A stretch of DNA of 64,000 bases from Gemmatimonadota bacterium. Lineage in GTDB: Bacteria > Gemmatimonadota > Gemmatimonadetes > Gemmatimonadales > GWC2-71-9. A model generated the notes under the pieces. The model searched no databases. It saw only the letters and a list, made by a program, of their open reading frames with translations, and was not told where the DNA came from. The DNA lies in NCBI GenBank assembly GCA_036679645.1, contig JAZDCY010000098.1, positions 28,426 through 92,425 of the forward strand, given 5' to 3'. Positions 33,039 through 42,580 of this stretch are shown in pieces. How positions within the stretch are numbered: the stretch's first letter is position 1; each line of letters begins with the position of its first letter. The translations under genes were made by a program, and so were the position numbers.

Positions 33039-33091
33039 GCGGCGGGGCTTGCCGGTCTCGGAGATGCTGACCGGATAAGCGCCGCCGCTTT
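33039..33091 (+). terminator. Long GC-rich hairpin followed by TTT, possible terminator
   Basis: GCGGCGG.GCTT.CCGGTC / GACCGG.TAAGC.CCGCCGC-TTT. Confidence 0.45.
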
Positions 33092-33142
33092 GCATACGGT
33101 TCAACGCAACAACCCGAACACGTACACGATCAGCGGAGAAAC

Positions 33143-34093
33143 ATGACGCGAAGGGTCTTGGTTTCTGGAGGGGCGGGGTTCATCGGCTCCCATATAGCGG
33201 AACAGTATCTCGAGAACAGTTACGAGGTCACTGTGCTCGACGACCTCTCGAGCGGCAAGCGGGAGAATGTCCCCAACAGGGCAACCTTCGTGCAGGCCGA
33301 CATCGGCTCATCTGAGGCGCGCAAACTACTCGCGACGGGTGGTTATACTGTACTGAATCACCAGGCCGCACAGATGGATGTGCGCGTCTCGGTGCGCGAT
33401 CCGATGCTCGACGCACGCACCAATCTCCTGGGCTTGCTCAACCTCCTCGAAGGCGCTCGTGCGGGCGGCGTCGCCCGCGTGGTCTTCGCCTCTTCCGGTG
33501 GAGTCGTGTACGGGGAGAGTGATGAGTTGCCGCACAGCGAAGGGGCGCGTAAGCTGCCCGTCTCGCCCTACGGTGTCTCGAAGCTCGGGTCGGAGTTTTA
33601 TCTGGTCCAGTACGCGCTACTGCACGGGCTTACGGTGCGGTGTCTCCGATATGCCAACGTGTACGGTCCGCGTCAGAGCCCTCACGGGGAAGCCGGCGTC
33701 GTCGCCATATTCGGCAACAGGTTACGGCACGGTGAGGCGATCACGGTGTACGGCGATGGGGAACAGACCCGTGACTACGTGTTCGTAGGCGATGTGGCCC
33801 GAGCCAATCTCCTCGCGACGACCGACGAGCTTGGCGTTCCGACGTCGATTGACGACGTAGCGTACAACGTAGGGACCGGACGCGAGACCAGCGTCAACGC
33901 GCTCGCCGCGGCGCTCATCGAGGCATCGGGTGTGACCGTTCCCATCGAGCAGGCCCCGGCGCGGCCGGGAGAACTGCAGCGCAGTGCCGTGGGTGTGCAC
34001 AAGGCCGCCGAACGGCTCGGCTGGAAACCCGAAGTGTCGTTGGAGGACGGGTTGCGCCGCACGTACGAGTGGATTTGCCAGGTGGCGATGTGA
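33143..34093 (+). CDS. NAD-dependent epimerase (UDP-glucose 4-epimerase-like)
   Basis: GGAGFIGSH, AAQMDVR.SV, SPYGVSK, RYANVYGPRQ.PHGEAGVVAIF. Confidence 0.85.
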   Translation: MTRRVLVSGGAGFIGSHIAEQYLENSYEVTVLDDLSSGKRENVPNRATFVQADIGSSEARKLLATGGYTVLNHQAAQMDVRVSVRDPMLDARTNLLGLLNLLEGARAGGVARVVFASSGGVVYGESDELPHSEGARKLPVSPYGVSKLGSEFYLVQYALLHGLTVRCLRYANVYGPRQSPHGEAGVVAIFGNRLRHGEAITVYGDGEQTRDYVFVGDVARANLLATTDELGVPTSIDDVAYNVGTGRETSVNALAAALIEASGVTVPIEQAPARPGELQRSAVGVHKAAERLGWKPEVSLEDGLRRTYEWICQVAM

Positions 34094-34800
34094 TGTTACA
34101 GGTCGGCGGGGCGCTGCCCAGTTCTCCGTGGGAACTCGTGGCGACATCTAGTGGAGCAACCAAGTTCGTGCTGCTCGTGCTCGTGTCTTTTTCCCTGTTG
34201 AGCTGGTTTCTCATCGTGCTGAAATGGTGGCAGTTCCACCGCGTGCGCCGGGAAGGTGAGCGGTTCTTCGACTCGCTCGAGCGCACCAGTCGACTCGAGG
34301 ATGCGTACCACGCGGTCATGAAACTGCCGCCATCGCCATACGGTCGCGTGCTGCGCGAGGGCGTGAACTTCTTCTCCGAACTGCGTCCCGGCGCGCTTCA
34401 GGGTACAGATACGTCCGCCGCAACGCTGACCTCAACCCAACTCGAGGCGCTCCGGATGGTGCTCGCGAAGGAGATCAGTGCGGAGCGTGACCTGATGGCG
34501 CGCTTCCTCACCTGGCTCGCCACGATCGGTTCCGTGAGTCCGCTACTGGGTCTCCTGGGTACTGTGCTGGGTGTGATGGACGCGTTCCTCGGCATCGCGG
34601 CGGGTGGGTCGGGGAACATCTCCACTGTGGCGCCCGGGGTGGCGGAAGCGCTGACCACGACCGTCGCCGGTCTTGCGGTCGCTATTCCCGCCGTCATCGC
34701 GTACAACCTCCTCGTCAACCGGCTCGGCCTCTTCGCGGGTGAGATGGAAGGCTTCGCGCACGAGATCGTCGGCACACTTGCGCGCGAGGGGCGGCTCTAG
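34093..34800 (+). CDS. tolQ: TolQ (MotA/TolQ/ExbB family)
   Basis: LATIGS.SP.LGLLGTV.G, VAPGVAEAL.TT..GLAVAIPA; first gene of tol-pal order. Confidence 0.9.
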   Translation: MLQVGGALPSSPWELVATSSGATKFVLLVLVSFSLLSWFLIVLKWWQFHRVRREGERFFDSLERTSRLEDAYHAVMKLPPSPYGRVLREGVNFFSELRPGALQGTDTSAATLTSTQLEALRMVLAKEISAERDLMARFLTWLATIGSVSPLLGLLGTVLGVMDAFLGIAAGGSGNISTVAPGVAEALTTTVAGLAVAIPAVIAYNLLVNRLGLFAGEMEGFAHEIVGTLAREGRL

Positions 34801-34801
34801 G

Positions 34802-35221
34802 GTGCGGTCGGGGCTGCGTGGCCACGGCGAGTTGCCACTCATGGCGGATATCAACGTCACGTCGCTCGTGGACGTCGCGTTCGTGTTGCTGATCATCTTC
34901 ATGATCACCGCGCCAATCATGCAGGGCGGCGTAGATGTCCAGTTGCCGCGCGCAGAGGCGCGCCCGCTACAGCCAAACGAAGGGCTGATCGTATCGATCG
35001 ACCGGCAGGGCCGCATTTACGTCGATGAGACGCCGCTAACGTACGAGGACTTTCGGGCGGCCTTCCCGGCCATGGTGTCCTCCCGCAACCCGTCCGGCGT
35101 CTACCTGCGCGCGGACCGTCGGGTCGAGTATGGGGTCGTGGTGCGTGTGATGGCAGTCATGACCCAGGCGGGTGTGACCAACCTCGGCGTGGTAGCCGAG
35201 GAGGAGGACATCCGGCGGTGA
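34802..35221 (+). CDS. tolR: TolR (ExbD/TolR family)
   Basis: DINVTSLVDV.FVLLIIFMITAP, VYLRAD..V.YG; start could be ATG 34841. Confidence 0.9.
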   Translation: MRSGLRGHGELPLMADINVTSLVDVAFVLLIIFMITAPIMQGGVDVQLPRAEARPLQPNEGLIVSIDRQGRIYVDETPLTYEDFRAAFPAMVSSRNPSGVYLRADRRVEYGVVVRVMAVMTQAGVTNLGVVAEEEDIRR

Positions 35222-35922
35222 GACATGCGGGGCGTGCCCGCAAGCAGATTCGCGCTGCGGCGACCGGCAGGCACGTCGCATCGATCGGCACGGCGACGCT
35301 TCACGTCCTGGTGGGGATCGTGCTCTTCGGTGCACCGCGCGTGGACGGACGCCAGCTGCCCCCGGTGTACCGTATCGAGTTGGTGGCCGCGCCTAAGCCA
35401 AATCCGCAGGCGCGCCGCGCACCCCAGGCCGTCGAGCGGCCGGCCGAGCGCGTTGCGCCCACCCCGCGTCCGCGCCGCACGTCTGTTGCGGAAACGCCGC
35501 CGCCTCCGGAAGCGGAGCCGGCAGTGGAACGGGAGCCCGCCCCTCGGACCACCCCCGAGGCGGAGCCCCTGCCAGACGAAGAGCCCTCCACCGGCGACGA
35601 TCCCGCCACCGTCCGCGTCGAGGGTCTGGCCTTTCGATACCCCGAATACTTGCGCAACGTCGTCGCACAGATCTACCGTCGCTGGCAGCGTCCCGCCGGT
35701 AACGTTGCGCTGCGCGCGGAGGTGCTGTTTCTGATCCATCGTGACGGGTCGATCTCGAACCTGCGTTTCGTCACCCGGTCGGGGAGCTTTGGCTTCGATC
35801 TCGAGGCGCAGGGAGCTGTCGAGGCAGCGGGGAACGTCGGTGCGTTCGGTCCCCTTCCAGAAGGGTACCCCAACGACGTGCTGCCCGTGAGCTTCTTCTT
35901 CGACCCCAAGCAGGTGCGGTGA
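35218..35922 (+). CDS. tolA: TolA/TonB-family energy transducer
   Basis: N-terminal TM with His, Pro/Glu-rich linker, C-terminal I.RDG.I...RSG...FD..A..AV...FGPLP. Confidence 0.75.
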   Translation: MRHAGRARKQIRAAATGRHVASIGTATLHVLVGIVLFGAPRVDGRQLPPVYRIELVAAPKPNPQARRAPQAVERPAERVAPTPRPRRTSVAETPPPPEAEPAVEREPAPRTTPEAEPLPDEEPSTGDDPATVRVEGLAFRYPEYLRNVVAQIYRRWQRPAGNVALRAEVLFLIHRDGSISNLRFVTRSGSFGFDLEAQGAVEAAGNVGAFGPLPEGYPNDVLPVSFFFDPKQVR

Positions 35923-37280
35923 TCTCCGCGCGCCCCCGCCCCCGCTCCCGCCCCACCATCTGGTTGCTGGGGCTCGCTGTGGCCAGTGGGCCGGCCGCCG
36001 CCCAGGACTCGATCCCGCCCCTCGATCAAGGGGTGCGGGTGGGCATCACCTACACGCCCGGCGTACGTCCCGGCATGCTCGTGCTGGGCGGGACGCGCTC
36101 GGTCGCCTTCGATTCGATTCGCGCAATCCTCGCCCGAGATCTGGACTACAGCGACCGTTTCGAGATGATCACGCTGCCGCAGGACGACAGCCTCGTGCTG
36201 GGCCTCAACAGTCCCGACGGGACGGCTCACGGCGGCTCGCTCGCTACGTTCGTCAATTATCCGTTATACGCGGCCCTGGGTGCCAACTACGCGGTTCACG
36301 TGCGCCCACCGGTGGATTCCATACTGCGCGTCCTGATCTACGACGTGCTCGGAGAGGGCGTCCGGCAATCCATCTTGCTGCGCGAGATGGACCCCACTCA
36401 TCCGGACTTCCGCATGGCGGTTCACCGGGTGAGCGATGAGGTCGTACGTGCGACCGCGGGCGCACCCGGGGTGGCGGCCACGCGATTCCTCGTGCTGCGC
36501 CGGCGGCGGGTCTACCGGGTCGATTACGACGGGGCGGACATTGCCTCCGTGTCATCGCCCGACGTGCGGGCTTTTTCGCCCACATGGGGCGCGCGGGGTC
36601 TGCGCGCGGTCTACACGGAGTTCCGTGAGACGGGTGGGTCGATCTACTTCCACGATCTCGCATCGGGCGAACGCCGGCTGATCCCACCGACCGCGCAAGC
36701 GCTCAACTACACGGCGAGGCCGTCACCCGATGGGCGCATCCTCGCCTTCAGCCGTTCAGGGGAAGAGGGAACGGATATCTACACGTACGACCTTGCTAAC
36801 GACTGCTGCATGCAGCGGCTGACAGTGGGCCGGTTCTCGGACAACCTCAGTCCGACGTTCAGTCCCGACGGCAGGCAGATCGCCTTCGTTTCGACCCGCG
36901 CAGGGCTGCCGCAGATCTATCTCATGTCCGCCGACGGGACTGGCCAGGAGCTGTTCGCCCCATTCGATTATGGTGTGACAGGCAGCTCCAACGCGCCGGA
37001 GTGGTCGCCGGACGGGTTGTCGCTGGCCTTTCACCGAGACGTAGCCGGCAGTCCCCAGGTGTTCGTGATGGAGATCGCGACGCGGACGGTACGCCAGCTT
37101 ACGAGCGCGGGACGCAACGAAGATCCGACGTGGGCGCCCGACGGCCGGCACATAGCCTTCGTGTCGAGCCGGACGGGGACGCGGCAGGTGTGGGTCATAG
37201 ATCTGGATACGGGGCGGGTCCGGCAGGTGACTCGATTTGGGGATACCAGGCTTCCTGCGTGGTCCCCTCGAATTGATTAA
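35919..37280 (+). CDS. tolB: TolB beta-propeller protein
   Basis: Signal peptide; DLDYS.RF; PD40 repeats SPDG/WSPDG/WAPDG; ends PAWSP. Confidence 0.9.
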   Translation: MISARPRPRSRPTIWLLGLAVASGPAAAQDSIPPLDQGVRVGITYTPGVRPGMLVLGGTRSVAFDSIRAILARDLDYSDRFEMITLPQDDSLVLGLNSPDGTAHGGSLATFVNYPLYAALGANYAVHVRPPVDSILRVLIYDVLGEGVRQSILLREMDPTHPDFRMAVHRVSDEVVRATAGAPGVAATRFLVLRRRRVYRVDYDGADIASVSSPDVRAFSPTWGARGLRAVYTEFRETGGSIYFHDLASGERRLIPPTAQALNYTARPSPDGRILAFSRSGEEGTDIYTYDLANDCCMQRLTVGRFSDNLSPTFSPDGRQIAFVSTRAGLPQIYLMSADGTGQELFAPFDYGVTGSSNAPEWSPDGLSLAFHRDVAGSPQVFVMEIATRTVRQLTSAGRNEDPTWAPDGRHIAFVSSRTGTRQVWVIDLDTGRVRQVTRFGDTRLPAWSPRID

Positions 37281-37346
37281 CTTAGTCGATTGAAGCCCCC
37301 CAACAACTTGGCTGTAGAACCATCATTCAAAGGGAGTGGACCCGAT

Positions 37347-37970
37347 ATGCGCATCACCATCCCCCTGACGATCAGCATCGCTGCGATCATCGTCGCAGCG
37401 GCCTGCGGCGGCGCGCCACCTCCGCCCGTGGTACCGGTGGTCGATTCGACGGCGGTTCGCGATTCGATTGCGCGGGAAGAAGCGACACGTCGGGCCACCG
37501 CGGATAGCTCCCGTCGGGCTCGGGAAGAGGCCGAACGGATCACTGCCGAGCGGCGTGCGGACTCGCTGGCGGTCGTGGCGCGCGAGACGGAGCGCGTGCG
37601 AAGCATGTTTGCCACTCGTATTCACTTCGATTTCGACCGGGCTGACATTCGCAGTGAAGATCGGGCGACGCTCGACATGAAGATCGCCATCATGCAGGCG
37701 AATCCCGCGCTGCGGATTACGATCACCGGCCACTGCGACGAGCGCGGGTCGGACGAGTACAACATCGCGCTGGGCAATCGCCGCGCGCTGGCCGCTCGCG
37801 AGTACATGGTCTCGCGCGGCATCTCTGCAGATCGGGTCATGAGCGCTTCGCGCGGAGAAGAGGATCCGGTCGATGCAGGACACACCGATATGGCGTGGGA
37901 GCAGAATCGTCGCGATGAGTTCTCCCTCTCGGCGGGCGGGCAACAGCTGCGCGCGCCATCGGGGATGTGA
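37347..37970 (+). CDS. pal: Peptidoglycan-associated lipoprotein Pal
   Basis: Lipobox AAAC; HFDFD, GHCDERGSDEYNIALG.RRA, S.GEE.P, NRRDE. Confidence 0.93.
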   Translation: MRITIPLTISIAAIIVAAACGGAPPPPVVPVVDSTAVRDSIAREEATRRATADSSRRAREEAERITAERRADSLAVVARETERVRSMFATRIHFDFDRADIRSEDRATLDMKIAIMQANPALRITITGHCDERGSDEYNIALGNRRALAAREYMVSRGISADRVMSASRGEEDPVDAGHTDMAWEQNRRDEFSLSAGGQQLRAPSGM

Positions 37971-38746
37971 GATTCCTCATTAGTCTCACGGCGGCGGGCG
38001 TCACCTTGAGCGGATGTGCGCTCAAGGGTGACGTCCGGCGTGTCGAACGGCAGCTGCAGGAGTTTCGAGCTGAGGCAGCCCGCGCGGATTCCGCGCGGGC
38101 TGCCGAGTTGGATAGCTCGTTGGCAGCGGTGATCGCCCTGCTCCAGGCGGTAGATGACTCGCTGACGAGTCAACAGAATCAGTCGCGTCGCATGCACGCA
38201 GAGACGCGTGCGGACATGATCGATGTGCGGCGACAGCTGGTGCAGATCCAGGAGCTGACCGGTCAGAGCCAGCAGCGGCTGACCGAGTTGCGGCAACAGC
38301 TGGAACGGCGCGATCGGCAACCGGTCGCCATCGGACCCGAGTCCGGGCCGGGTGACCCCGGGGTAGTCGTCCCCGGGCTCCCGCCACCCGAGGAGCTGTT
38401 CTCGCTGTCCCTCTCGCAACTCCGGCGCGGCAGCCCTGGTGCGGCGCGCACGGGGTTCTCCCAGTTTCTCCAGGCGTACGCCTCGCATGAGCGAGCGCCA
38501 GACGCGCAGTACTTCATTGGGGAGTCGTGGGCGCGTAGCGACGTCGATTCGGCGGCGGCAGCCTATAATGCGGTAGTGGCCAACTACCCCGATTCACCCC
38601 GTGCTCCGGCATCGCTCTACAAGCTCGGCCTGCTCGCCGAGCAGGAGGGGGACGCGTCGGTCGCACGCGTGTTCTTCGAGCGCGTGATGGCTGGGTATCC
38701 CCGGTCGGAAGAAGCGGCGCTCGCCCGCGAGCGGCTCAACCGGTAG
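37967..38746 (+). CDS. cpoB: CpoB/YbgF (coiled coil + TPR)
   Basis: Lipobox LSGC; coiled coil; APDAQYFIGE, YP.SPRAP.SLYKLG; follows pal. Confidence 0.85.
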   Translation: MRFLISLTAAGVTLSGCALKGDVRRVERQLQEFRAEAARADSARAAELDSSLAAVIALLQAVDDSLTSQQNQSRRMHAETRADMIDVRRQLVQIQELTGQSQQRLTELRQQLERRDRQPVAIGPESGPGDPGVVVPGLPPPEELFSLSLSQLRRGSPGAARTGFSQFLQAYASHERAPDAQYFIGESWARSDVDSAAAAYNAVVANYPDSPRAPASLYKLGLLAEQEGDASVARVFFERVMAGYPRSEEAALARERLNR

Positions 38747-38775
38747 TCGGGCCGGTCGTTCCGGTCTCCCCTCGC

Positions 38776-41700
38776 ATGGGTCGTAAGGAAGCCAAGGGCG
38801 AAATGCCCTTCCTGGATCACCTCGAAGAACTCCGTTGGCGTATTCTCTGGAGCCTCCTGGCGCTGGTCGTCGGGTCGGTGATTGGGTTCGTCGTTGTCCA
38901 GCACTTCGACGTGCTCGGGCTACTCAAGCGCCCTATCTCCCCGTTTCTTCCCGATGACAAGCTCTTCATTACCCGGCCGACCGATGCCTTCATGCTGACG
39001 ATGAAGCTCGCGGTGGCGGTCGGAGTAGTGCTGGCAGCGCCGGTGCTCGTGTGGCAGGCGTGGGGCTTTTTCTCGCCTGCGCTGCATGAGAAGGAGAGGA
39101 AGTTTTTCATCCCCGCGTCCATCGCGGGGGTCGTCCTGTTCGGCGTTGGTGTATGGGTCGCCTACGAGGTCGTGCTGCCGAAAGCGCTCGGGATTCTCTT
39201 GACCAGCTTCCAGCGGTCCGACCTGGAGTTCATCATCACGGCCAACGAGTACTTTGGTTTTGCGACCCAACTCGTGCTGGCCTTCGGCGTCATGTTCGAG
39301 TTGCCGCTCGTGATCGTAATGCTGGCGGCGTTTCGCCTCGTGAACCCAAGTTTCTTCGCTCGGAATAGGCCGTTCGCGCTGATCATTGCGGCGGTCATCG
39401 CGGCGTTCCTCACGCCGCCGGACGTGCTGTCGTTGCTCATGATGCTCGCCCCGCTCCTCGTGCTGTACGAGACGGGGATCCTGGTCGGGCGACTCGTATG
39501 GAAGTCCCGCAGCCGCACCATCGGGACGGCTGCGTTGCTCGCGTTCGCGCTGCTGCATCCGTCGTCGGCGGAGGCGCAGGAACGACGGCGCCCCCCCCCC
39601 CCACCCCGCCGGCCCCGGCCAGACAGTCTGGTGCCGCGGGTTGAACAGGACTCGTTACGCCGGGCCACCCGGGACTCGCTGGCAGCGGGCGGCCGCATCG
39701 ATACGGCGACGGCCCGCCAGCTCGGTTTACCGACGGGCCCGTCTCGGGCCTTTCCACAACCCGACTCCGTCATGCGCGCACTGTTCGAGATGACGGGGTA
39801 CCGCGCGATACGCTACGCTGCCGATAGCGTCGTGCTCCACGCGGACAGCCAGCAGATCGATCTCGTCGGCAGCGCGCTCGTGCGGCAGGATGAGGCGACC
39901 CTCGAGGCCGATACCGTGCTCTTCCTGCAAGCGGACGGCGAACTGCTGGCCAGGGGATCTCCCAAACTGTTCGAGGGGGCGACCGTCCTGGTCGGCGAGG
40001 AGATGCGCTATCTGACGGACGAGCGGCGAGGGTTCATAGAGGGGGCGCTCACCAACTTCCAGCAATCCGGCGTGGACTGGTTTCTCCGGGGAGGTATCTC
40101 GGTGGACTCCGCATCGGTCCGGCTGTATTCGGGCCACAGCGACGTCACGAGCTGCGACCTTCCGGATCCGCACTACTACTTCAGGTCGGGCTCGGTCAAG
40201 TGGGTCACCAACACCATCATGGTCGCCCGGCCCGCGGTTCTCTACGTACACGATGTCCCGGTGCTGTGGCTCCCGTTCATCTTCCAGGACATGCGTCCCG
40301 GGCGGCGCACCGGCATCCTCGTCCCACGGTTCGGCATCAACGACCTGGTCCGTCCCAACGCTGGGTATCGGCGACACATCTCGAACGTGGGTTTTTACGT
40401 TGTGCTGAACGATTACGTGGATGTGCGCACGTGGCTCGACTGGTTCGCGAAGAACTCGGTCACGACGAACGGTGAGCTGCGGTATCGCTGGCGCGATCGC
40501 TTCGTGAGCGGGGGGCTCTCCATCTCCCGGATCTTCGAGTCGGGCATCGGCGGTGCCCCGGGCGGGCGTTCTATGCGGCTCAGGTGGGGACACCAGCAGA
40601 ACTTCGATCAGCGAACCCGGCTCAACGCGTCGGTCGACTATGCGACCAGTTCGCGCGTGGTCGAGCGCAATGCGGTGGACCCGTTTCTGGCCACCGCAAC
40701 GCTGGGCTCCAATATCAACTTCTCCAAGCAGTTCGCCTGGGGAACACTGGGGATTGGTGGCAGCCGCCGGCAGGAGCTGACGTCCGGTTCGGTCACGCAG
40801 ACCTTCCCCACGCTCTCGCTCACGCCGGTGCCGATCGACATAGCCGACAATGTCACGTGGTCGCCGTCCGTCAGTATCAGCAACGCGCGCGCGTTCGGGC
40901 AGCGGGCGGGCGTGGTGCAGATTCCCGCCGGCCCGGGCGATACGATCTTGCCTATCGATTCGCTCTTCTCGGCGTCACGCACGACCGACATCCAGATCAG
41001 CACGCCGCTGCGTATTGGGCGGTGGAACTGGGCCAACTCGTTCTCGATCCGCGATTTCGTCACCCGAACGCGATCCGTGGAGAAAATTGCGGATTCGGCT
41101 AGCGCTGACACCGTGACACGTTTCGTGGGGGTCGATTTCAATACTGGTATCGACTGGAACACCGGCATCAACCTGCCGGCGCTGTTTCCGTCGTCGTGGA
41201 AGCTGCAACCGCGACTCGGGATTCAGAACACCACGAGCGGCCCCTTTCTGCTGCGCAATCGGAACACCGGGGGACGCTACGTCCGGCAGGGCAAGCGGGT
41301 CTCGCTCGCCGCGGGCCTCACGCCCACGTTCTTCGGGTTCTTTCCCGGTGTCGGGCCCGTTGGGCGCATCCGCCATGCGATCACGCCGGTGGTGCAGTGG
41401 AGTTGGTCGCCCGAAGCCGAAGTTCCCGAAGCCTATGCCCGGGCGCTCGATCCGACGGGACGCAATCCCGTCCGACGCAGCCCCGCGCAACATCGCATCA
41501 GCCTCTCGCTCAATCAGACCTTCGAGGGGAAGTTTCGGCCGCCGCCGGGTGACACGAACACCGATCCCCGCAACGCGCGCAAGATCAAGCTGCTGTCACT
41601 GCAAACGTCCGCCATCGCGTTCGACTTCGAGCAGGCAAAGGACTCGGGCCGGACCGGCTGGCTGACCCAGAACCTCACCAATCAGTTCACCAGCGATCTT

Positions 41701-42336
41701 CTGCGCGGGTTCTCGCTTAGCACGACGCACGATCTGTGGGACGGCCCGGTGGGGACCGACGAGGCACGGTTCAGCCCGTTTCTGACGCGCATCTCCGCGC
41801 GGTTCAGTATCTCGGAGTCAACCATCACGGGGATTCTCGGGTTGATCGCCGGTCGTTCCGCACCCGAACCGACGGAGCCCCCGGACGCACCCGACCCCGC
41901 CGTCGCCGAGCCGGTGCCACTGATTCCCGAAATCCGGGGCGACCGGTTTCGCGATTTCGATCGGCGTCCCCGGGCTCCGGCGGGAACGCGGCGGCCGTTC
42001 ACCGCGTCGGTCACATTCGACGATCAGCGCTTCCGCCCGATCGAGAGTGAGGGCGACGCCCCGCCGGTGAGCCGCGATGCCAATCGCACCTTGGGGCTCT
42101 CGTTTCAGTTCGATCCGACCGCGCACTGGTCGGTCTCGTGGACGACCCAATACAACCTGACCACGAAAGAGTTCGGCCAACACGTAGTGCGGCTCGAGCG
42201 GGATATGCATCGCTGGCGCGCGACCTTTCAGTTCCTGAAGTCACCCAACGGCAACTTCGCCTTCAACTTCTTCATATCGCTCCTCGACCAGCCGGACATT
42301 CGATTCAATTACGATCAGCAGACGCTGACCAGGTAG
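38776..42336 (+). CDS. tatC: TatC fused to an LptD-like outer-membrane beta-barrel
   Basis: aa ~1-241 TatC (MPFLDHLEELR.R, FFSPAL...E, FELP, AFLTPPD, LYE); rest LptD-like (L.ADTV, TSCDLP.PHYYF, PVLWLPF, R.TGILVP.FG, RLERDMHRWRA); no stop between them. Confidence 0.85.
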   Translation: MGRKEAKGEMPFLDHLEELRWRILWSLLALVVGSVIGFVVVQHFDVLGLLKRPISPFLPDDKLFITRPTDAFMLTMKLAVAVGVVLAAPVLVWQAWGFFSPALHEKERKFFIPASIAGVVLFGVGVWVAYEVVLPKALGILLTSFQRSDLEFIITANEYFGFATQLVLAFGVMFELPLVIVMLAAFRLVNPSFFARNRPFALIIAAVIAAFLTPPDVLSLLMMLAPLLVLYETGILVGRLVWKSRSRTIGTAALLAFALLHPSSAEAQERRRPPPPPRRPRPDSLVPRVEQDSLRRATRDSLAAGGRIDTATARQLGLPTGPSRAFPQPDSVMRALFEMTGYRAIRYAADSVVLHADSQQIDLVGSALVRQDEATLEADTVLFLQADGELLARGSPKLFEGATVLVGEEMRYLTDERRGFIEGALTNFQQSGVDWFLRGGISVDSASVRLYSGHSDVTSCDLPDPHYYFRSGSVKWVTNTIMVARPAVLYVHDVPVLWLPFIFQDMRPGRRTGILVPRFGINDLVRPNAGYRRHISNVGFYVVLNDYVDVRTWLDWFAKNSVTTNGELRYRWRDRFVSGGLSISRIFESGIGGAPGGRSMRLRWGHQQNFDQRTRLNASVDYATSSRVVERNAVDPFLATATLGSNINFSKQFAWGTLGIGGSRRQELTSGSVTQTFPTLSLTPVPIDIADNVTWSPSVSISNARAFGQRAGVVQIPAGPGDTILPIDSLFSASRTTDIQISTPLRIGRWNWANSFSIRDFVTRTRSVEKIADSASADTVTRFVGVDFNTGIDWNTGINLPALFPSSWKLQPRLGIQNTTSGPFLLRNRNTGGRYVRQGKRVSLAAGLTPTFFGFFPGVGPVGRIRHAITPVVQWSWSPEAEVPEAYARALDPTGRNPVRRSPAQHRISLSLNQTFEGKFRPPPGDTNTDPRNARKIKLLSLQTSAIAFDFEQAKDSGRTGWLTQNLTNQFTSDLLRGFSLSTTHDLWDGPVGTDEARFSPFLTRISARFSISESTITGILGLIAGRSAPEPTEPPDAPDPAVAEPVPLIPEIRGDRFRDFDRRPRAPAGTRRPFTASVTFDDQRFRPIESEGDAPPVSRDANRTLGLSFQFDPTAHWSVSWTTQYNLTTKEFGQHVVRLERDMHRWRATFQFLKSPNGNFAFNFFISLLDQPDIRFNYDQQTLTR

Positions 42337-42431
42337 GGTGCGCGGTGCCCGGTGAGCGGTGAGCCGTGTGTGGTACCGTTGCACGTTGCACGCTGCACGT
42401 CCCGCCATCCTGCCTTTCCGCCCTCCCGCCT
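42337..42431. repeat. Heptamer array with inverted arms, followed by a pyrimidine-rich octamer run
   Basis: GGTGCGC GGTGCCC GGTGAGC GGTGAGC CGTGTGT GGTACCG TTGCACG TTGCACG CTGCACG, then TCCCGCCA TCCTGCCT TTCCGCCC TCCCGCCT. Confidence 0.7.
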
Positions 42432-42580
42432 TCACCCACATCTCGTCCTCAAAAGTGGACAATGAGGCCAACCGCATCATCCCACTTAAGTACTTGTAAT
42501 AGATATACTTATGGGTCTAGGACCGCACGGCATGTGCTCTGCATTGGTGTCCGACAAACCCGTTATCGCGAGTTGTTGCC

